NCBI GenBank assembly: GCA_036499625.1
Contig: DASYDJ010000068.1
Span: forward strand, 21,988 to 85,987
Length of the DNA: 64,000 nt
From: Gemmatimonadaceae bacterium
GTDB taxonomy: Bacteria; Gemmatimonadota; Gemmatimonadetes; Gemmatimonadales; Gemmatimonadaceae
Direction: 5' to 3'
Made by a program: the position numbers and the translations under genes. Below the pieces are notes generated by a model. The model saw nothing but the letters and a program-made list of their open reading frames with translations. It searched no databases and was not told the origin of the DNA. This document shows positions 36,606 through 44,042 of the stretch, piece after piece. Position 1 is the first letter of the stretch; every line of letters starts with the position of its first letter.

Positions 36606-37763
36606 CTAGTTTGCCTTCTTGTGTGAGATGAACGTCTTCTCGAGCGCCGGCATGTAGACGTCGTAAATCGAGCCGGGATTCCACATCACCCATCCGTCAT
36701 AGCCGGCGTCGTACACGGCTTTCTTTTCCGCCTCGAGCTGCTCCGGTCCGTACGCCGGTTTGCCGAGCGTGAACGCCTGCAGCCACGGGCGAATGTGCTC
36801 GGCGCTCGTGATACCAAGTTTCTTGTCGCGCTCGCGCGCGCGAGAGATCGACTTGAAGATGACCTGATACGGCTCGGCGTTGGGATTCGCCAAGCCAAGG
36901 TCGCCATGCGGATAGTGCGACGGGTACACCATGGGCAGCACGACGTCGACGTGCGGCGAGATTTTCTCCCAGTATTGTCCAACCTCGAGCGGGCCGCCGA
37001 CGGTGGTGACCAATCCGAATATGTCGGCGGTGGAGCGCACGCCGAGTCTGTTGAGGCGCGTCTGCGCTTCGGTGAGATACGCGGCGAGTGCGTCTGCCTT
37101 GGAGACGCCGTTGTTGTCCGGGAAGACTTGCTTCGGCAGGCTCGGATACGGCTCGGGAAATCGGATGTAGTCGAACTGCACTTCCTGGAATCCGAGCTTC
37201 ACCAACTCTTCGGCGACGCCGATGTTGTACTCCCACAGCTCGTGGTGATACGGGTTCACCCACGCGATGCCTTTCTTGTCGCGCCAGATCGAACCGTCCT
37301 CGCGCCGAATGGTCCACTCCGGATGGATGCGCGCGGTTACTGAATCTTTGAATACGACCATGCGCGCAATCGCGAAGATCTTGTGCGCCTTGAGTGTGTC
37401 GAGCAGCGCAGCGACGTTGGCTTTGCCCGCCGTTCCTGCGTTCTTGGCGAACTCGGGGTTTTGAGATTTGTAGTTGAGCCCGAACTCGTCCTTCATGTCG
37501 ATGACGAACGCGTTGATCTCCGTCGAATCCGCCTCGCCGAGGAGCTTGGCCATGCGGCGTTTGCTCTGCGACGCCCAGCGGTTGACGTAGAAGGCGCGCA
37601 ACGGCGCGGTGTCGAGCCGCGGAGCGGGCTTCTGCGCTTCGGCGGTCGAACCGGGGATGGCAACGGCAACGACCAGGGCGATCATCGCGCGACGAATGGC
37701 AATCATGGACGACGTGTGTCGAGAGAGAGGACGCGGGACCCGCGTAAGACTGTCACGATTCAC
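36606..37763 (-). CDS. Putative glycoside hydrolase-like TIM-barrel protein (DUF4015-like), secreted
   Basis: 385 aa with a signal peptide. 'AFVIDMKDEFG', 'WVNPYHHELWEYN' and 'FQEVQFDYIRFP'. Confidence 0.7.
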   Translation of the reverse strand: MNRDSLTRVPRPLSRHTSSMIAIRRAMIALVVAVAIPGSTAEAQKPAPRLDTAPLRAFYVNRWASQSKRRMAKLLGEADSTEINAFVIDMKDEFGLNYKSQNPEFAKNAGTAGKANVAALLDTLKAHKIFAIARMVVFKDSVTARIHPEWTIRREDGSIWRDKKGIAWVNPYHHELWEYNIGVAEELVKLGFQEVQFDYIRFPEPYPSLPKQVFPDNNGVSKADALAAYLTEAQTRLNRLGVRSTADIFGLVTTVGGPLEVGQYWEKISPHVDVVLPMVYPSHYPHGDLGLANPNAEPYQVIFKSISRARERDKKLGITSAEHIRPWLQAFTLGKPAYGPEQLEAEKKAVYDAGYDGWVMWNPGSIYDVYMPALEKTFISHKKAN

Positions 37764-37863
37764 CGCTCGTCACTGCGAGCGTCATGCCGACTCACCCCGG
37801 CTCGGCGCGGCTGGTCACCGCCGTTCGCTCAGCCTTGCCGAAACGGCGGTATATTTGCGGACG

Positions 37864-39219
37864 ATGCCCGCCTCCCGCCTCGGCTCGCGTTGCCGCGCCA
37901 CACTGCACTTGATCTTCCCGCTGGCTGGCGCATTCGCTGTGGCATGCGCCGGTTCACGAACCGCACGCCAGAACGCGCCGCCGGCCGCGGAGTTTCTCGT
38001 CAACACGGCGGATTCCACCTTCTGGGTATCGACGGCGGCTGGCGAGAGCCACGTGCGCGGCGCGCCGATGGTGCTCGCGCGGTATGACGGACGATTCTAC
38101 GAGTTGTACACCGCCGACGACGACCGCTCGTACGCCGATGCGCTCATGTTGGGCGAGCGCCTCTATCGCCGCGATCTGTTGACCGGGGACAGCACGATCG
38201 TGTTCGCCGACACCACCGTGCCGCGCATCGCCGACGCGTACGCGCGCACGCATCCCAACGACACTCCGCTCGCCCCGGACGAAGACGGCAACGACGATCC
38301 GAGCACGTCGGCAACGGCTGAGGTCGATATTCTCGACGTCATCGGGCCGTACGTGTCGTATGAATACCATGTCGACGTCGATCTCCGCGGCCGGCGTCCC
38401 TGGCATTCCACGCGGCGCGGTGTGATCGATCTTCGCACGGCGAGAGCGAGCGATCTCGCCGACCTGTTCGGTGCGCGAGCCGCGTCGCGAGTCGCGACGG
38501 CTGGCCGAAAGATCTATCAGGCGGCGATCGATTCCATTGGACGCGCGCACCGTTCATTCGGCGGCGACAACGGGCGAGCCGCCGCGGCGCTCGCGCGTCT
38601 CCACTTCGACGACCACAGCTTCTCGCTCACGACGCTCGGCGGGCAGCCCGCGGTGAGCTTTGGCGTTCCTGGCCAGGGCACGGGCGGCGACGGCGCGATG
38701 GTGGAGCTCGATCCGCTCGAGGTGGATTCCGTGTCCTGGTGGTCGCCGGCCGGCGAGGGAATCCCGCAGACCGACGCCACTGGCGACGATGCGTGGACGG
38801 GCGCCGGTTACAGAGTCCTCGCGCGATACGATACGTCGGGCGACATCGCGCAATTCTCCATCGCCGACTCCTCGCGCCGAGAGTGGCCGATCGGCAACAT
38901 CGCTGCGCCCATCCGGCGTGTCGACTGGCTCGACCGCCCGGCGGCATCGCCGGCCGAGCGTCGGGCACTGCTGCGGGCGTTCGACCAAGCGTCCTCGTAC
39001 GACGAAAATGCCCGCGTCGCGTCGAGCCATGTCGCACCGAACCTTCATCACGTCACGATCAATGCCTCTTTCCAAGCCCGTTCGCGACAGCCAGCACGAA
39101 ACGTCGGAGCTGATGATGCCCGAGCACGCCAACAACATGGGTCACGTGTTCGGCGGCGCGGTGCTCTCGATGATGGACAAGACCGCCGCGATCGCGGCGT
39201 TTCGTCACAGCCGCAATAG
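37864..39219 (+). CDS. Hypothetical lipoprotein
   Basis: ATG 37864. Signal/lipobox-like 'LAGAFAVACAGS'. No recognisable domain. The last ~52 codons run out of frame through the next gene. Confidence 0.6.
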   Translation: MPASRLGSRCRATLHLIFPLAGAFAVACAGSRTARQNAPPAAEFLVNTADSTFWVSTAAGESHVRGAPMVLARYDGRFYELYTADDDRSYADALMLGERLYRRDLLTGDSTIVFADTTVPRIADAYARTHPNDTPLAPDEDGNDDPSTSATAEVDILDVIGPYVSYEYHVDVDLRGRRPWHSTRRGVIDLRTARASDLADLFGARAASRVATAGRKIYQAAIDSIGRAHRSFGGDNGRAAAALARLHFDDHSFSLTTLGGQPAVSFGVPGQGTGGDGAMVELDPLEVDSVSWWSPAGEGIPQTDATGDDAWTGAGYRVLARYDTSGDIAQFSIADSSRREWPIGNIAAPIRRVDWLDRPAASPAERRALLRAFDQASSYDENARVASSHVAPNLHHVTINASFQARSRQPARNVGADDARARQQHGSRVRRRGALDDGQDRRDRGVSSQPQ

Positions 39220-39550
39220 CGTCGTCACGGCGTCGATCGACCGCGTGGACTTTCGCGAGCCGATCCACTTGGGCGATCTCGTCATCATGAAGGCGAGCGT
39301 GAATTTCGCCGGCCGGACGTCAATGGAAGTCGGCGTGCGCGTGGAAGCGGAGGATTTGCTCACGGGCCGGCGCCGGCACACGAACTCCTGTTACCTGACC
39401 TTTGTTGCGGTCGACCGGAATGGCCGTCCAGTCGAAGTGCCCGCGCTTCAACCGGAAACTGACGACGAAGTCCGCCGCAACGCTGCCGCGCGGGAACGTC
39501 GCCAGCGGCGGTTGGAAGAGCGCGAGGCGGAAGAGAAGGGCAGGGGCTGA
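39062..39550 (+). CDS. Acyl-CoA thioesterase (hotdog fold, YciA/Acot-like)
   Basis: ATG 39062. 'ELMMPEHANNMGHVFGGAVLSMMDKTAAIAA' and 'SIDRVDFREPIHLGDLV'. Confidence 0.85.
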   Translation: MPLSKPVRDSQHETSELMMPEHANNMGHVFGGAVLSMMDKTAAIAAFRHSRNSVVTASIDRVDFREPIHLGDLVIMKASVNFAGRTSMEVGVRVEAEDLLTGRRRHTNSCYLTFVAVDRNGRPVEVPALQPETDDEVRRNAAARERRQRRLEEREAEEKGRG

Positions 39551-39562
39551 AGGGTTTTCTCA

Positions 39563-39590
39563 ACCCAAAACCCGACACCCGAAACCCGAG
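39563..39590. repeat. Tandem heptamer array (ACCCRAN x4)
   Basis: ACCCAAA ACCCGAC ACCCGAA ACCCGAG, directly after the thioesterase stop and 20 nt before the DUF2203 ATG. Confidence 0.8.
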
Positions 39591-39609
39591 TCCCTGTACC
39601 TTTCCTTTC

Positions 39610-40011
39610 ATGAGCTCCTTCACCGTCGACCAAGCGAACCGCACGCTCCCTTTGGTTCGCAGGATTGTCGAGGATGTCGTTCAGCAGCACCGTCAGTGGC
39701 GCGAGACGATCCTCGAGCTCGACCTCGTCGCGTCCGCGGCTGGCGCCGGTGATCCGCCGGAGCGCGCATCGCAGCTCGAGCGCGCCGCCACGCTGCTCGC
39801 CCGGGAGCTCGACGGCTACCAGCGCGAGCTCGAAGCTCTAGGCATTCAGCTCAAGGACCGCCGCTTGGGTCTCGTGGATTTTCCGAGTGAGATGGGCGGC
39901 CGCCGCGTGTTGCTGTGCTGGCGCCTCGGTGAACCCGAGGTCCAGTTCTGGCACGAGATCGACTCCGGCTTCGCCGGCCGCCAGCCGCTCTTTCCCGAAT
40001 TGGTGGGTTAA
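39610..40011 (+). CDS. DUF2203 family protein
   Basis: 'FTVDQANRTLPLVRRIV' and 'GLVDFPS...LLCWRLGEPEVQFWH'. Confidence 0.75.
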   Translation: MSSFTVDQANRTLPLVRRIVEDVVQQHRQWRETILELDLVASAAGAGDPPERASQLERAATLLARELDGYQRELEALGIQLKDRRLGLVDFPSEMGGRRVLLCWRLGEPEVQFWHEIDSGFAGRQPLFPELVG

Positions 40012-40030
40012 CGGAGTTATCTTCCGCGAC

Positions 40031-40321
40031 ATGAAATCCTGGCACTCTCCCGACGGCATCCTGTGGGGCGTCGACGTCGACCTCGCCGGCTCGAGCAACG
40101 CGATGGTCATTTTCCGCCATCCGAGCGGCGCGAGCTCGCGTCTCGACCGGTACAACTGGTTCATCAGCACCGGCCCTGAGGCGCGGAGCGTGACGTCGCA
40201 TTTGTCCAAGGCGAAAGTGCTGGAAGCGCTCAGCCAAGATGACATTTTGCGGCTGTATAGGCGGTCGATGAAGGTGTCGAGGCCGGATCCGCTGCTACCG
40301 GCGGCTGCCTCTAACGGGTAG
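40031..40321 (+). CDS. Hypothetical small protein
   Basis: Track ORF trimmed to ATG 40031. 96 aa with no recognisable domain. Lies 20 nt after the DUF2203 gene. Confidence 0.5.
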   Translation: MKSWHSPDGILWGVDVDLAGSSNAMVIFRHPSGASSRLDRYNWFISTGPEARSVTSHLSKAKVLEALSQDDILRLYRRSMKVSRPDPLLPAAASNG

Positions 40322-40335
40322 CAATCGGGATCGGT

Positions 40336-40447
40336 GTAGAACTGATTCTCTAGGTCTCGGGTCTCTGGTCTGAGGTCTCCGTGCTCGAAACCCTCAGACC
40401 TCAGACCGGAGACCTGAGACCAAGAGAGAATCAGTTCCGCGTTCTAC
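40336..40447. repeat. Long imperfect hairpin built from heptamer arrays
   Basis: Left arm GTAGAACTGATTCTC-TA-(GGTCTCN)x4 (heptamers 40353-40380). Right arm (NSAGACC)x4 (40394-40421)-AAGAGAGAATCAGTTCCGCGTTCTAC. It lies between convergent stops (40321 and 40472). Confidence 0.85.
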
Positions 40448-40471
40448 GCGATTAGTGCGAGTGGAGAGTAG

Positions 40472-41401
40472 TCAGCCCACGGAATCCGAGAAGTGGATCT
40501 CGACTTCCATCCCGTCCTTCGCCGCCGTCGTCCGCTCAAACACCGTCCTCGCCTCGCGCACCAGTTCGATTGCATCTCTGGAGTAGCGCGCGGAGAAATG
40601 CGTCAGCAGCAGCTGTCTGACGTTCGCCTGCGTTGCTACCGCCGCCGCTTCGCGTGCCGTCGAGTGGCCGGTCTCCACGGCGCGCTCCGCCTCTTCGTCG
40701 CCAAACGTTGCTTCGTGAATGAGGAGATCGGCATTCCGGGCCGCTTCGATCGTCGCTGCACACGGCCGAGTGTCGCCGGTGATCACGACAGTGCGTCCGG
40801 GCCGCTTCCCGCCGACGAGCACTGATGATTCGATGACGCGCCCGTCCTCGAGTGTGATAGGCAGGCCGCGATGGATCTGGCCCCACATCGGCCCTTCGGG
40901 GATGCCGAGCTCGCGGGCCAAGTCGGGATTGAAGCGGCCTTTGCGCTCTTCTTCCACCAACGCGTAGCCCAACGACGCCGCACCGCGGTGGTCCACCGCG
41001 AACGGTATGATGGCGTAGCCCGTTCGGTCGACACGCTCGCCGGCGCCGACTTCAATGATCTCTAATGGAAACGTCGTGCGCTCGAAGCCCATGCCTTCGG
41101 CGCGCTTGAGCACGCGCGCCGACCCGCGCGGCCCCCACAACCGCAGCGGCTCGGCACGACCCTGCAATGCCATCGTGCGCATCAGACCGATCACACCCAG
41201 CAGATGATCGGCGTGCATGTGCGTGAAAAAAATGTCTTCGAGGGCAAATGAAACGCCAAAGCGCATCATCTGGCGTTGGGTGCCTTCGCCACAATCGAAC
41301 ATCAGCGTTTCGCCTTCGCGGTGCACGGCCAGCGACGACACGTTGCGTTCTACCGTGGGCCGCGACGCGGATGTTCCGAGGAGTCGAATGCTCAAAGACA
41401 T
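40472..41401 (-). CDS. rnz: Ribonuclease Z (metallo-beta-lactamase fold)
   Basis: 'FDCGEGTQRQM', 'HMHADHLLG' and 'LIHEATF'. 309 aa. Confidence 0.92.
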   Translation of the reverse strand: MSLSIRLLGTSASRPTVERNVSSLAVHREGETLMFDCGEGTQRQMMRFGVSFALEDIFFTHMHADHLLGVIGLMRTMALQGRAEPLRLWGPRGSARVLKRAEGMGFERTTFPLEIIEVGAGERVDRTGYAIIPFAVDHRGAASLGYALVEEERKGRFNPDLARELGIPEGPMWGQIHRGLPITLEDGRVIESSVLVGGKRPGRTVVITGDTRPCAATIEAARNADLLIHEATFGDEEAERAVETGHSTAREAAAVATQANVRQLLLTHFSARYSRDAIELVREARTVFERTTAAKDGMEVEIHFSDSVG

Positions 41402-41728
41402 GGGCCAGAATATAGCGGTCGTCGGGATCGCTTCTTGCGCGGCGCGATTGCGACCCGAATGCGCGTCATTGGGGTATCAAGGATCAGCCAAAGTCGGATG
41501 ACCGTTGCGATCTGGATCACCGGCAAGGTCCTGACTTTGCTAGGTGGAGAGACGACCGCAGGGTGAGTAAATGGATGATTTCCGGAGTTGAGGAACGCTC
41601 CGGTCCGTCATTTGCACTCTATGGGAGCAACGGCCCGGGGGGGCTGGAGCAACGGCGTCGGACCCGATTGCACGTACGGGACTGAGCGTCCACGATCGGA
41701 AAGCGCCAATTTTTTAGGGAGGAGTAGG

Positions 41729-42325
41729 ATGCCGAATAGACCGGGCAACGACGACCGCATCACGGCGGCGGGGGACAACGACCGTGGCGGCCAGCGCGAC
41801 GCATCGAGCGTCGGCGTACGTCAGAACGGCTCGCAAGGCAGTGCGCAGTCGCGCACCCGCAGCAATCGCGGCTTTGCGTCAATGGATCGCGACAAACAGA
41901 AAGAAATCGCCAGCAAGGGTGGCAAAGCCGCTCACGCCAAGGGCACGGCCCACGAATTCGATTCGGGTGAAGCTCGCGAAGCAGGCCGCAAAGGCGGTGT
42001 CGCTGTAAGCCGCAACCGCGAGCACATGGCCGCCATCGGCCGTCGCGGCGGCGAAGCCCGCGGACAGTCTCGTGGACGGGGCCCGTCGCAGGGCAACACG
42101 GCCGGAGCGGGCAGCAATCAGGACGGCAGCTATCAGAATTCTCGTAATGGCAACGCCGACCGCCAGGTGGCGATCAGCAACCAGAACGAGGGCGTCAACG
42201 CCAACCCGCAGGGCAACCGCGGCGGCAACAACTCGATCGGCGGCGAACGCCGTCCGAACGGAACGAACAACGCGCTCGGATCGAATGATTCGTCCACGCG
42301 CGGCGAGACGTTCGGCAATCACTAA
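41729..42325 (+). CDS. KGG-repeat general stress protein (YciG-like) with long disordered tails
   Basis: ATG 41729 follows GGGAGGAG. 'DKQKEIASKGGKAAHAKG', 'EAGRKGG' and 'IGRRGGEARG'. Confidence 0.8.
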   Translation: MPNRPGNDDRITAAGDNDRGGQRDASSVGVRQNGSQGSAQSRTRSNRGFASMDRDKQKEIASKGGKAAHAKGTAHEFDSGEAREAGRKGGVAVSRNREHMAAIGRRGGEARGQSRGRGPSQGNTAGAGSNQDGSYQNSRNGNADRQVAISNQNEGVNANPQGNRGGNNSIGGERRPNGTNNALGSNDSSTRGETFGNH

Positions 42326-42350
42326 TCGTCGCTGACGCTCGTTTCTGAAC

Positions 42351-42383
42351 GTATCGCGGCTGTATCGCGCCTGTATCGCCGCT
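42351..42383. repeat. 3 x 11-nt tandem repeat
   Basis: GTATCGCGGCT GTATCGCGCCT GTATCGCCGCT, immediately 5' of the terminator hairpin. Confidence 0.8.
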
Positions 42384-42425
42384 GAAAAATTCCCGGACGC
42401 TCATCGAGCCGTCCGGGAATTTTTC
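42384..42425. terminator. Bidirectional rho-independent terminator
   Basis: GAAAAATTCCCGGACG-loop-CGTCCGGGAATTTTTC. Perfect 16-bp stem with an A-run on one side and a T-run on the other. It lies between convergent stops (42325 and 42443). Confidence 0.85.
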
Positions 42426-42442
42426 GTCTCGCCGCTCGAGGT

Positions 42443-43411
42443 CTAGCCTCTGACGACGACCGACTCGAACCGCGCCGGATCGATGTTCCCGCCGCTCACG
42501 ATGATGGCCGCGGGCGTCGAGAAGCCGCGCAAATGCCGCGTCAGCACCGCTGCCGTGGCGCAGGCGCCCGCGCCTTCCACGCGCTGCTGGTGCTCGATCC
42601 ACAGCCATCGGATCGTCTGCCCCACCTCGGCCTCCGTAACAGTGACGATGCCGTCCAACGTGCGCTGGCCGATGTCGAGCGCGTAGTCGTCGACTTGTCC
42701 CGCCAACCCGTCGGCGAGCGTCGGCAGATACTCGATCTCCACGATGCGTCCCACCGCGACCGACTTCGCCATCGCCGCGGTGTTCTCGCTCTGCGCGCCG
42801 TAGATGCGCGCCTCTGGTAGCACCGCCTTCACGAGACTCGCACAGCCGCCGAGTAGCCCGCCGCCGCCCACGCCCGTGACGAGCGTTTGGAGAGTCGGTA
42901 TTTCGGCGAGGATCTCGAGCGCCACCGTGCCCTGGCCCGCGATCAGTGCGTCGCCGGTGCACGGGTTGATGAACGTCGCTCCGTGCGCGGCGGCAAACGA
43001 CACAGCGGCATCCATGGCGGCGTCGTAGTGCGGCTGCTGCGCGTCGAGCGTTGCGCCCAGCGCTTCGATGCCATCGCGCTTGACCTTCGGCGCGGTGCTC
43101 GGCACGAAGATCGTGGCGGGCACGCCGAACTGTTTCGCCGCGTACGCCACGCCGAGTCCGTGGTTGCCCGCCGACGAGGCGACGACGCCACGAGCGCGCG
43201 CGTCCGCTGGCAGCGTTGCGAGAACGTTCATCGCGCCGCGGAGCTTGAACGATCCGGTGATTTGATCGTTCTCGAACTTGAGGTAGACGTCGCCGCCGGC
43301 GATGGCGCTGAGTCGTTCGCTGCGGACGAGCGGGGTGCGGCGAATGTGCGGGCGGATTCTGTCCGCGGCGGAGAGCACGTCGGCGGGTCGGAGGGCGGCA
43401 AGCATGAGCAC
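42443..43411 (-). CDS. Threonine/serine dehydratase (PLP-dependent, no ACT domain)
   Basis: 'TGSFKLRGA' PLP lysine, 'SAGNHG' and 'GVGGGGL'. GTG 43411 per track; ATG 43405 is an alternative that fits a leaderless promoter (TAATTT 43418-43413). Confidence 0.9.
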   Translation of the reverse strand: MLMLAALRPADVLSAADRIRPHIRRTPLVRSERLSAIAGGDVYLKFENDQITGSFKLRGAMNVLATLPADARARGVVASSAGNHGLGVAYAAKQFGVPATIFVPSTAPKVKRDGIEALGATLDAQQPHYDAAMDAAVSFAAAHGATFINPCTGDALIAGQGTVALEILAEIPTLQTLVTGVGGGGLLGGCASLVKAVLPEARIYGAQSENTAAMAKSVAVGRIVEIEYLPTLADGLAGQVDDYALDIGQRTLDGIVTVTEAEVGQTIRWLWIEHQQRVEGAGACATAAVLTRHLRGFSTPAAIIVSGGNIDPARFESVVVRG

Positions 43412-43465
43412 GAAATTAGGCCCTTGGCGGCCGGTGTGTTACCTTCGCCGGCGGAGTGCGTCAAC

Positions 43466-43494
43466 TTGACGTATCATCTGTCGCTCTCTATGTT
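43466..43494 (+). promoter_or_regulatory. Sigma70-like promoter upstream of tRNA-Ala
   Basis: TTGACG (43466-43471), 17 nt, TATGTT (43489-43494). Confidence 0.45.
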
Positions 43495-43510
43495 TAGCTC
43501 AGTCGGGAGC

Positions 43511-43534
43511 GGCCCCGCTGGTGCGGGGCCTTTT
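43511..43534 (+). terminator. Intrinsic-terminator-like hairpin between the promoter and tRNA-Ala
   Basis: GGCCCCGC-TGGT-GCGGGGCC followed by TTTT. It is preceded by a tRNA D-arm-like string TTTAGCTCAGTCGGGAGCG. Confidence 0.5.
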
Positions 43535-43588
43535 CCGTGGTGTGACGCTCGGCTCCGGCTGGCGCGCCGCACGACAGGCACCATAAGC

Positions 43589-43661
43589 GGGGCTGTAGCT
43601 CAGCTGGGAGAGCGCTGCAATCGCACTGCAGAGGTCACCGGTTCGATCCCGGTCAGCTCCA
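43589..43661 (+). tRNA. tRNA-Ala (anticodon CGC)
   Basis: Cloverleaf folded by hand. Acceptor GGGGCTG/CAGCTCC with G3:U70. D-arm TAGCTCAGCTGGGAGAGCG. Anticodon loop ATCGCAC. T-arm CACCGGTTCGATCCCGGT. CCA is not encoded. Confidence 0.93.
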
Positions 43662-43830
43662 TCGCACCCGCGTTGGTCCGGGCTTCGGCCCATGAGCGGG
43701 ACATCAACTGAAGTACTGAACTGTAATTTTTTCTCGCTTTTCCGGGGGTTCGGCCCGCCGCCGATCGGTAGGACGCAGAGTTCCAATGACGGCGTGCGAG
43801 GCACGTCCCGTGAAAAGTGAGTCAACTATA

Positions 43831-43866
43831 AACGCCACGAGCCGCCGCTCGGTGGCGTTTTCTGTT
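43831..43866 (+). terminator. Hairpin plus T-rich tail downstream of tRNA-Ala
   Basis: AACGCCAC-GAGC-CGCC-GCTC-G-GTGGCGTT followed by TTCTGTT. Confidence 0.4.
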
Positions 43867-43870
43867 TCTG

Positions 43871-43988
43871 GTCGTTCACGTCAGCGTTGTTTCAGCGTTG
43901 TTCCGCGTACTCCGCGGCAAAGAGGTTGCTCCTTTTTGCCGCGGAATACACCGAAAAACGCTGATTTACGCGGTAAAACAGAAAAGAC
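43871..43988. repeat. Family-2 palindromic intergenic element, copy C (inside-out arrangement)
   Basis: ...TCAGCGTTGTTTCAGCGTTGTTCCGCGTACTCCGCGGCAAAGAGG-ttgct-CCTTTTTGCCGCGGAATACACCGAAAAACGCTGATTTACGCGGTAAAAC... The CCTTTTTGCCGCGG ends face the centre here, whereas they are the outer termini in copies A and B. Confidence 0.8.
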
Positions 43989-44042
43989 TAATAATCGTTT
44001 ACTGATAGACTAACGCGCTCTGTCGGCGAACTCGGCGAGCGC

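Noticed and set aside
43499-43825. 108-aa minus-strand ORF
   Set aside because: It runs antisense through the tRNA-Ala gene and the terminator hairpin. It is a GC-frame artefact.
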